Below, one piece after another: positions 26,465 to 37,100 of a stretch of 64,000 nucleotides of DNA. The notes below the pieces were generated by a model, which was given only the letters and a program-made list of their open reading frames with translations, had not been told where the DNA came from and ran no database searches. The first letter of the stretch is position 1, and every line of letters starts with the position of its first letter. The position numbers were made by a program, and so were the translations under genes. Source of the stretch: Chrysomallon squamiferum (lineage: Eukaryota > Animalia > Mollusca); assembly GCA_012295275.1 (NCBI GenBank), contig CM022665.1, positions 11,718,001-11,782,000 on the forward strand, read 5' to 3'.

Positions 26465-27018
26465 TACTTGACATTTGCTGATCCTGCTGAGAAACCAGAA
26501 GTGATGGATAATCAGCTGAATACCTGTACCATATCATATCATATCATATCTAATCATGTGATGTTATGTCATTTTATGTGTCGTGTCGTGTCGTTTTATG
26601 TCGTGTCATATCATGTCATACTGTATGTTATTTTATATTCATTAAAAAAAATATATATAATAATAATAATATTGTAATTCGCAGAAACGACTGCTTACCT
26701 ACGACACAGTCATATTTAACTTGAACTGCAGTAACATTGCATCCTTCAAAGTAATGAATTAGAAATTTTTGTTGACACTGTGTCTTTCCATTACATGTGA
26801 AGTACTTTTCCCAGTTTATTTGTGAACATTTAGTTATCTGTGTACAGTTGTTATTTGTGTGTGTTCCTCCTACAACGTCCTTGACTTGTATCACTGAACC
26901 AAAATCACAAACAAGATTAATTGTCACAAAATTAGTGTTGAAACACTTTGACGAAATCTGCTGGTATTCTAAACAAAACAAAACAAACAAACACATTTTT
27001 TTTAAAAATCAGTACATT

Positions 27019-27061
<43 letters not shown>

Positions 27062-27218
27062 TGATGATGATGATAATGGTGATAATAATAATAGACTGAC
27101 TTATTTATTTTGTTTCATTCTGCTTTCTTTTTTTGTTAAATATAATATTTATAAAGACGGACAGTTATTTTTAGATATCTGATTTAATACAATGATTTAA
27201 AAAATATTCTTATTGTCG

Positions 27219-27250
<32 letters not shown>

Positions 27251-28023
27251 ATTCTTATTATTATTATCTGATTTATCTGGCTGACAAAGCAGCAGTGACG
27301 GATAATCAACTGAATACCTGTATCATATCACCTCATGTTATATATCATGTCATATCATATTATACTGTATGTTATTTAATATTCAGTAATAATAACAATA
27401 ATAAAATATTTACCAATATTTAGATAATTCACAGAAATGAGGACTTACCTACGACACAGTCATATTTAACTTGAACTGCAGTAAGACTGCATCCTTGAAA
27501 ATCATAAATTATAAATTCTTGTTGACATTGTGTCTTTCCATCACATCTTACGTAATTTTTCCAGTCTATATGTGAACATTCAGTTATCTGTGTACAGTTG
27601 TTATTTGTGTGTGTTCCTCCTACAACATCCTTGACTTGTATCACTGAACCAGAATCACAAACAAGATTCATTGTCACAAAATTAGTGTTGAAACACTTTG
27701 ATGAAATCTTCTGATACTCTTAAAAAAAAAAAAAAAAAAAAAAAAATAAAAATAATAATAATAATAATAATTAAAAAATAAATAAAATAAAGAGAGAAAG
27801 AAAGAAAGAAAATATTTGCAATATATTTTAATAATAATAATAATAATGGTGATGATGATGATGATGATGATAAATAATAGAGTAACTTAGTTTGTTTTCG
27901 TTTCAAAATTGTTTTTTTTGTTTTTGTTTTGGGTGAGTTTTATATTTATGAAGATGGACAGTTATTTTTAGACATCTGATTCAATGTAATTTATAAAAAA
28001 TAATGTTATTGTTGTTGTTGTTG

Positions 28024-28059
<36 letters not shown>

Positions 28060-28581
28060 CATGACATGGGCTGATCCAGCTGAGAAACCAGCAGTGACTG
28101 ATAGTCACCTGAATACCTATATCATATCCAGTGCCGGATTTATTGTGCTAGTCGCACATAGGCTATAGAAAATTTCCCGCCCCCTCTTAAAGCCCACCTT
28201 ACGATTCCGACTTTGTTTATTATATAATATGAAATATATGATTTTTTTTATAACTTATGGTCTAGAAGCAAGCAAAAGCATTATTTTAATAAGTTAACTG
28301 AATTAGTTCAAAAGAGCCCAAATTTTAACAAAGCGCACAACTCGATAATTTAGCGCACAATCTCCTGAAAAAGCGCACAGTTGGCAACACTGACCAGTAA
28401 CAATTTTCATAAACTGCTGCCCCTATCATCCTAACGCCCTAGCCTCTAGCCAAGAAAACCTATATGGGAAATCCGGCCTTGATCATATTTTATCATATCA
28501 TATCATATCATGCCATGTCATGTCATGTCATCTTATGTGTCGTATCATGTCGTATCATTTTGTATGTTATTATATATTCAT

Positions 28582-28635
<54 letters not shown>

Positions 28636-29008
28636 ATATGTACCAATATTGTACATTTAACATTATTTAGATAATTCATAGAAATGAGTACTTACCTACG
28701 ACACAGTCATATTTAACTTGAACTGCAGTAACATTGCATCCCTGAAAGTCATACGTTATAAATTCTTGTTGACACTGTGTCTTTCCATTACATGTGATGT
28801 ACTTTTTCCAGTTTATTTGTGAACATTTAGTTATCTGCGTACAGTTGTTATTTGTGTGTGTTCCTCCTACAACATCCTTGACTTGTATCACTGAACCGAA
28901 ATCGCATACAAAATTCATTGTCACAAAATTAGTGTTGAAACACTCTGATGAAATTTTCTGGTACTCTAAACAAAACAAAACAAAACAAAAACAAAAACAA
29001 CACAAAAA

Positions 29009-29047
<39 letters not shown>

Positions 29048-29087
29048 AATAAATAAATAAAACATTTGAAGTATAATAATAGTAATA

Positions 29088-29120
<33 letters not shown>

Positions 29121-29330
29121 ATGATAATAATAGAGTAACTTATTTTGTTATTTTGTTTCATTTAAAAAATAATCAATGTTGTTGTTGTTGTTGTTGTTAT
29201 TATTACATGACATTGGCTGATCCAGCTGAGAAACCAGCAGTGACGGATAATTAGTTGAATATGTATGTCATGTCATATCATATATTATGTGATGTGATGT
29301 CATTTTGTATGTTATTTTATATTCATTAAC

Positions 29331-29373
<43 letters not shown>

Positions 29374-29724
29374 TATGTACCAATATTGTACATTTAACAT
29401 TATTTAGATAATTCGCAGAAATGAGGACTTACCTACGACACAGTCATATTTAACTTGAACTGCAGTAACACTGCATCCCTGAAAGTCATACATTATAAAT
29501 TCTTGTTGACACTGTGTCTTTCCATTACATGTGATGTAGTTTTTCCAGTTTATCTGTGAACATTTAGTTATCTGTGTACAGTTGTTATTTGTGTGTGTTC
29601 CTCCTACAACATCCTTGACTTGTATCACTGAACCAAAATCACAAACAAGATTCATTGTGACGAAAGTAGTCTTGAAACACTTTGACGAACTCTTCTGGTA
29701 TTCTAAAGAAACAAACAAACAAAA

Positions 29725-29763
<39 letters not shown>

Positions 29764-29965
29764 GCTTATGCATCATATTTTAATAATAACATTAACAGTA
29801 ACAGCAACAACAATGATTATAACAAGATTTATGATGATGATTATAATAATAAGAAGAAGAACATTAACAACCACCACAACAAAAATAATTAAAAATCGAA
29901 CATTAATAATAATGATGACGATGATAATGATAGTGATGTTGATAATAAAATTAATACAGCTCTTT

Positions 29966-30000
<35 letters not shown>

Positions 30001-32244
30001 TTATTGTTTTTGTTGTTTTTGTTGTTGTTATTATTATTATTATATTGTTATCGTTTTGGGGGGATATTTTAATTAAAAGTATAATGAAAATCGTATCATT
30101 ATAAAAGTGGCATATTCTTAGTATCTTGATCCAAAATGTCATTTTCAGCTGGCATTACTAATTATTTCAGAAACAGTCCATTACAATTTTAATTAAACAA
30201 CAGAAAATGACCACTTAAAAATTATTATAATTCCTTCAGTATAGTAATTTTTATTGGATCTGATATCTTCAACTGTATTAAATTTATTTAATCTGTTCCA
30301 TACTCATTTTAAACGTGATAAAACTGAGTTAGTACATAATTTTAGACCTTTAATTTTTAATGTTTTATTTAATTTTATTTTTTTTTCCAATTTTTTATTC
30401 ATACTTTTTCTAGTTGAAGGTTTGGCCAGCCATATTCTTGAGTCACAGGCTCACGGGGTCTTGTTAAGTGAATATTTATTTATTGTAATAATACTCACTA
30501 CACTATACTTGCCACCCACAATAATTTATGGATGACAGCAAGATACAGTTTCATCGCAAACAAACTTTTTACTAGAATATTTTTTAGCGGTATCAGAAGT
30601 AGAAGTACTTATTGTTAGTTTTCTAAGAGTTTTCCAACAACAACAACAACAACAATAATAGTAAAGGAACAAGTACTGGCACGACTGAGAAATATCTCAA
30701 CCGGTGTACTGCGGAGAATTTATCAATGACGTCATACTCCACCCGTAGACATCAGTTCTGAACACTGGGCTACAGCCTACACCAGTATTAATCGTTATGA
30801 TAGAAGTAATGGTATAAGTGGTAATAAGAGTATTTAGAGCAATAGTACTTGTTGGTAGTAGTAATAATAATAATGATTTATAATAACAAAGTATCAAGGA
30901 TATTTAAACGTATTATTATTGTTTACAGATATGCTGTTTTTACACAGTCAGCAGTGATTTCTAGAACAATTGAAATAGTTTTTGTAGGCGTAAGAACTAC
31001 GGGAATTTAGGTAGTAGTAGTGGTACTGAAATTGCTGGGTGGATGGAAACTAGTTGATAGCAATACGATAAAGGAACGCTCCGCTGCTCTCTTTCAGAAT
31101 GCAAATAATGTCAAGGTCGTTACATTGGATAGTAAAATGTAGATAGCTGACTTTCACAGTGTCAATTTTAATAGTATGCCAAATTTGACAACATTTGGAT
31201 AAAAATTGTTGACACTAGAAACATAAATGTACAAGAACATAAAATTTTGATATTTCTGGTGCCAAATGTGTTTCAAGAGGTTAGGTAATTAAGGCTCACT
31301 TTTTCTCAAAAAATCGTGCACTTTAGCATCTTTGATTTGACGTAGCTCATTAACTACTTATCCAGTTTAAAAAATTCAAAGTGCTAATTGTTTCTTATGA
31401 GGTCAGGCTTCAAATTATATATTTAAAAAAATTTAAATTTTGAGTGAACTCCCTAGTGTTATTATTGTTTACAGATACGCAGTTTTTACACGGTCAGCAG
31501 TGATTTCTAGAACAATTGAAATAGTTTTTGTAGGCGTAGAAATATGGGAATTTAGGTAGTAGTAGTGGTACTGAAATTGCTGGGTGGATGGATACTAGCG
31601 GTGGTGATGTTTGTAGCTGGATTAGTTTTGTTAGTTGTTATCGTTAGAGTTTACTAGTTACAAGTTGAGTAGATATAATATAAACTGGTAATAGTTATTT
31701 TTACTCTAGTGGTAGCTGTGGTTGCATTCATAACGGTATCAGTAATTATAATTATAATAACGTAAGGTCAGGTGCGGTAAAGCGTATAATTAATTATGTT
31801 GTGTACATTTAGACTCTTTGACTGACATATAATACTGCCAAAATAATGGTTGTTGTATTGATAAATAACATTTCCCCAGAACAACAAATTCAGTTTGTCA
31901 TGGTCTTGAATTGAAATTATGTGTGTGTGTGTTTGTGTGAATATTAAGTGATTGTAAACTAAGATTGTCAGAAATCGAAGCAACTTTGTAGTAGTAGTGG
32001 TAGTAGTATTATTATTAATAGTAATTAATTGCTTAATTTTAATAAATTTCCATCCAGTAAGGTTTACATGACAGTTACCGATGATTTGTATATCCCGTGA
32101 AACAAATTCATGGTACACTTGAAGTTACACATTTACATAATTATACTTACTAGAACTTTGTACAGCTGTACTCATCAGGCACAAAACGAGTACATAAATG
32201 TGCTTTGTAAATGTCCAACGACCTACGTCGAGGAGTTTTTCCAT
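22789..32244 (-). CDS. Receptor gene 4: signal + array of 7 SUEL-like exons + short stalk + TM + truncated tail; no CUB exon found
   Basis: Exon 1 32244-32151 (MEKLLDVGRWTFTKHIYVLVLCLMSTAVQSS, phase 1), seven lectin exons 29702-24507, candidate stalk 23939-23850, TM 23489-23414 (VIIIVISSIFCAIISGGFII), tail 23074-22789 homologous to the start of the gene 3 tail. Confidence 0.75.
23990..24110 (-). pseudogene. Decayed eighth SUEL-like exon fragment
   Basis: tgtgttcctcctacaacatcct...tatcactgaaccaaaatcac matches the GSVIQVKDVVGGT core but contains a stop and lacks the 3' half. Confidence 0.7.
24507..24776 (-). CDS. Gene 4 SUEL-like exon copy g
   Basis: 270 nt, AG/GTAAG, open. Confidence 0.85.
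25465..25734 (-). CDS. Gene 4 SUEL-like exon copy f
   Basis: 270 nt, AG/GTAAG, open. Confidence 0.85.
25911..26181 (-). pseudogene. Gene 4 SUEL-like exon copy e, frameshifted
   Basis: 271 nt; extra base in tttttccc (around 26018-26025) gives WEKVHHM* with TAA at 26005-26003; splice sites intact. Confidence 0.75.
26699..26968 (-). CDS. Gene 4 SUEL-like exon copy d
   Basis: 270 nt, AG/GTAAG, open. Confidence 0.85.
27449..27718 (-). CDS. Gene 4 SUEL-like exon copy c
   Basis: 270 nt, AAG acceptor after poly-T, GTAAG donor, open. Confidence 0.8.
28129..28481. mobile_element. hAT-like MITE between lectin exon copies b and c
   Basis: TIRs cagtgccggattt / aaatccggccttg; 8-bp target duplication atcatatc / atcatatt; absent from the sibling repeat units. 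Confidence 0.75.
28696..28965 (-). CDS. Gene 4 SUEL-like exon copy b
   Basis: 270 nt, AG/GTAAG, phase 1-1, open. Confidence 0.85.
29433..29702 (-). CDS. Gene 4 SUEL-like exon copy a
   Basis: 270 nt, AG/GTAAG, phase 1-1, open, 8 Cys. Confidence 0.85.
30913..31597. repeat. ~135-bp direct repeat (about 30913-31050 and 31459-31597) flanking a probable transposon-derived insert
   Basis: ttattattgtttacagata...ttgctgggtggatgga occurs twice, separated by ~400 bp of unrelated sequence. Confidence 0.75.
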
Positions 32245-32764
32245 TTTGTCTTTATAGAAAGTTTAAGGATGACTCACTGTTCAACAGAGCTTTCTATTCG
32301 TTGTGACTGTTGGATCGACATAACTTAACTCCATGGTTATACAAATCAAACCAGAATAAATATTTAACTTAGAATTTCATAATCACAAAGTAACAAAATC
32401 TTCTTATTAATAATTCTCTGAATATTTTCGCTGCATAGAATGTATCACAGTGAAATACAGAGAAAACGGTTTACAGGTTAAAGCCAAAAAAAAATAAACA
32501 ACAAAAGAAAAGAAAAGAAAAAAAGAAAAGAAAAGAAAAAAGAAAGAAAGAAAAGAAAAGAAAAAGAAAGAAAAAAAAAAAAAAAAAATGTAAGAAAGCT
32601 ATAAAGAAAATTTTTGCAGAGAAAAAACGTCCCTATCTAAAAATGAAAATGAAGTAGATTATAATTACGTAACGGCAATGACGTAATACGAGACCCTCTG
32701 TCAAATCGTATGCTATTATACAGATGGTTTTGAGCACTTTTCTACACCTCTGTAAATAAACAGT

Positions 32765-32768
<4 letters not shown>

Positions 32769-32838
<70 letters not shown>
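32769..32838. repeat. (CT)n microsatellite
   Basis: Pure dinucleotide run. Confidence 0.95.
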
Positions 32839-32840
<2 letters not shown>

Positions 32841-33796
32841 ATACACACACAAGAACAAAACTAAAATAAATGTTTATCATCAACACGATAATATAGATAA
32901 CTATTAGTTATATAACTCCAGTGTCTTGTCAAAGATATTTAAGAGAGGAAACCCGCTGTCAGATTTTGAATATTTTTTGCTCCTTTCCGTAGGCAGGACA
33001 GTACATACCAACGGCTTTCGTAAAACTTCGAGCAGTATATATTTATAAAATAACAGTAGTAAAACTTAGAGATAATAGATATCTATGTATGCATGTACAT
33101 ACGAAGGTATGTATCTATGTACGTATGCATATATGTATGTGTACATCATTATAGATTCATATTAGATTTATAGATCTACATAATTAATAATTTTATTCGT
33201 TTCTGATACGCTTGCCATATGATAAATAACGTTCATTCTTTTTCTATCGACCTTAATTTAGATAAAATACCAACACATTTTATAATTAACAAATACTGTT
33301 TATAATATCAGGAAGATATAAAGATCGTTTTTCCCGTACCTATATATCAAAATTTACAAGGGGAAGCATGCTACCTGTCCCCCTTAGCGAAACTCAAGAT
33401 ATATATTTCCGATATATATATATATATATACACTTATTTATCTACAGTCAATATAAATTATTATTAGTTCGAAAGTGTAATCGACCGAGCACAGAAAGCG
33501 ATATTGATTGTTCGTATTCAGAGTAATCTGTGTAATTCTAAATGTAATATAAAAATACACCAGCTCTTTCAGAATTATTTGTAAATACATATATGTGGTT
33601 GATGTTTCCTTTCTTACTTTTTTATTTATTTATTTATTTATTTTTATAAATCCTTATTCATTCATTCATTCATTCATGTGCACGTTGTATTTTTAAATAG
33701 TATTTACTATTTTTTAGTTTTATTTGTTGACTGGAAAAAAGTTTTCTTCGAATCAAATTGATTAAACGCATAACCGTGAAGTGTAAAAAAAAAAGT

Positions 33797-33844
<48 letters not shown>

Positions 33845-34156
33845 TAGTATTATTGTTATATATTAAAAATATATTACTATACAGTAATTTTCTTTTTAAT
33901 ATGTATTAATATAAAACAATAGACACCATTAATTATCTGTTCCTTTCGTCATCGCAATCATTATCGTCAAAACGTTTAATGAACTGACGTGTGACGCACG
34001 AACTCAATCAGACTGACACGCTATTCAGAGTTATTTTTAGCACCACTGAACATCGCAATTTGCAAAGATTGCCGAGTCATTGGCAACCCATTTATTAAGG
34101 AGAACGGTTCATTCACTGAGTCTCTGATAATCTGATTGCAAATTCAGTCCTTTAAG

Positions 34157-37100
34157 ATGGGAAAGGTGAAAATTCATATCATTTATTGGTGAGTAATTAT
34201 TTAACCACTAATTTAATCTGTGACTGTAAAGTTTCTTATCTTTACAAATTATACGATGGTAATTATAACTTCAGGTAAATAAATTATAATCATAATGATA
34301 ATGGTTGCTTTCTTTTTTTTTTTTTCTCCTCAGGCGTACAAAAAATCAAAAGAACGCAATAATTATTCACTTGCAGCTTTTTTTTCTTCTTCTATTATGC
34401 TTGAATTAATTTTTATACTTTTAAACGGAAGTATTTACTGTTTTCTTCTAATCAGGTTATTATTATTTTTTTAAATGATGTGACTTTCACTTTTATACAC
34501 TTTACATACACATTGTTTTAATGAATTATAATTTATTATTATTGTCGTTATGTTATTTTGATTCATTAAATAACTTCAGTCAAGCTATAATATACTTTAT
34601 TTTTTGTACCACCAATTAATATTGTGAGTAATCAGGTATAATACATATATATAATAGGCCTGCTGGTAAATTATTTAGTTGTTAGCTGTTCTACATAATT
34701 TATGTTGTATTGTAACTATTGATTAGTTGAAGAGAACACTCACATTGCAGTTACTTATATTGATTTCTAGTCACTTCTTTACTAGTGTTAAATATAAAAA
34801 CATTTCCACTGTTAAATTATTACTAAATTCTTATTTCAAGTTAAATGGTGAACAGGGCAATTTGAAATTAACATTTTTGTTGTTGTTGTTTAATTGTAAT
34901 AATTATGATTAATATTGATGCTGATTCTTTTTTTTTTTTTAAACCAAAACTTATTTAAATCAATATAAGTAACTGCAATGTGAGTGTTCTCTTCAACTAA
35001 TCAATAGTTACAATACAACATAAATTATGTAGAACAGCTAACACCTAAATAATTTACCAGCAGGCTATTATATATATGTATTATAATATATATATTATGA
35101 TTAATATTGATGTTGATTTTTTTTTTTTAAACCACAACTTATTTTCTGCACTGCTTAACAACAAAATAAATGTTAAAACTACTTTGAAATAAAAAATATC
35201 TATAGTTATTCTCTGTTTCTGTTTATTAATATAAACATTATAATTCTGAATACACAAAGATATAAAATAAGTAGTCAGTGTCCTCTAAAAGTCCAGATTT
35301 ATTGTTTGGAGAAATATCTGTCTGGACATGTTCGTATTAAGTGGAAAATATATTTTGTTTATCATTGAACTGCTCTAACAGCCACTATAAATCAAACCAA
35401 AATAGTTCCTTCTATATTTAACCTGTTTATAACCTGTTGACTAGCGAATACTGTTAGTATTCTAAAATAGATTGTCTTACCTCCTTTATCAATCTTACAT
35501 TTTATTATTTTAATTGTGATTATTTATATATTTATTTATTTGTTATTTATTTATCATTGTATTGTTTTACATAATAATGAATTAAAGCTGAATGAGAACA
35601 GATACGAATCTTAAGCACCAGTTGCTCTGAAAGTGTGAAAAAAAAAAAAAAAGTATATGGGAATTACAAATAGATAGTTAATAAATATCATCATTATTTT
35701 ATAGTTTTTATGCCCCATTGTTGGGTGAAAGGTTCAGCATGTTTCTGTCTTGCCTTTTCATCTGCTTTATCCCATCTCATAAAAATCAAATATAAATTAA
35801 TAATAACAAGAAGAATAAGAAAGAGAAGAAGAAGTATAATTGTAAAGAATAAAAATAAGAAGAAGTGTAATTATAAATATAATAATATTAATAATAATGA
35901 TAATAATAAATATTATCTACAGTTCAGACATGTTTGTGTTTCATTTCTGGGTGTTGTCAGTTATTTGCAAGTCATCTTTTCACTAGTTGCATTACAACTT
36001 GTACTTAGTATAGGCCAACTCATTCACTTTGAAAGACATTCCAACAGTTTCATAAGAGCGTCAGATAGAGCTGTTATTATCCAAACTCCAGTAAATGCAG
36101 TCATCCATGAAGTTCATTCAACCATTATACATCTGTAAACTTGTTCTTTTGCTTATGTGTTATGAGTCGGCAATTTTCATAACTCTAGGCTGGCCAGAAA
36201 TCAGTACAAAAGCAAGTCTGAGAGCGATAAATTTGAATAACCTTGTGTGTAATATAAAATATCAATAAAATCCTCCATTATATACATAATGGTTGTAATG
36301 ATTATAATACATGAGACTAATATAATGTAAGATATAATTATATGTTTTATTTACTTGTGTACATTTTGTTGTCCATGACAACCACTTTACCTGTCTTGAG
36401 AATAAATCTAATCTGCAAGCTTGATTGTTCAAGAACTGTATGAGGTTTTTGTTTCTGAATTTAAAATAAAAAATGTGACTTACCTTAATAATGTGAAAAA
36501 TTGATTATTTCAGTAAAGCAAATTAAGTGGACTAGATAATTTTATCTTTATTAAAATAAAATTTCTCTTTTTTTTGTTTTGTTATCTCATTAGAAACTGA
36601 ATAACTATAATGATAATTGTTGTTAGATTTTAAGATCAATATTGGAATTATAGAGGTCAAAAAACCTTTTTCTTAGTACTATGTTGCAGTTATTTTCAGT
36701 AACTAAATTAGCTTTTTGAGTACCTTAGTGCCATTAGAAGAAATTTTTTTCCCAAGTACTTTTTCAACCATGTGAAAATCTGTTATCATAGGCTAATGTC
36801 ACTCAATGAAATGTAATAAAAGAATAATAATAAGAATAAGAAATGCAGCAACAAGAACAATATGAAGAAAAATAGCAGTACTAGTATTGTCAGATGTCTT
36901 TATTTATTAACATTAATTTTAAAATAATTAAATTATGAGAAATAAAAATTAAACTTGATTTTAATAACAGTCTTGTTTCCTTTTAATAATGTTGATAAAT
37001 AATTAAATAAATGACTTCTTTTTTTTCAGTGGCGGATGAGGTTACGCCCCCAGGGTAAATATTTAGCATATTTTTTTAGTGTTAGTTATTTATTTATTTT

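Noticed and set aside
24507-29702. CRISPR-like or prokaryotic repeat-spacer reading of the regular repeats
   Set aside because: Units are spliceosomal exons with introns in eukaryotic DNA; no short repeat-spacer pattern or cas genes
30499-30554. Alternative signal exon MKLYLAVIHKLLWVASIV for gene 4
   Set aside because: Its strong donor is phase 2, incompatible with the phase-1 lectin exons; 32244-32151 fits better and has a homolog in gene 3
32940-33030. agaggaaacccgctgtc... resembling a gastropod SINE-like repeat
   Set aside because: Short, degraded and recognised from memory only; insufficient without a repeat library search
35710-36240. 142-aa ORF and complex sequence in SELENOW intron 1
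   Set aside because: Partly simple repeat, no recognisable domain; possibly an old repeat fragment but I cannot assign it
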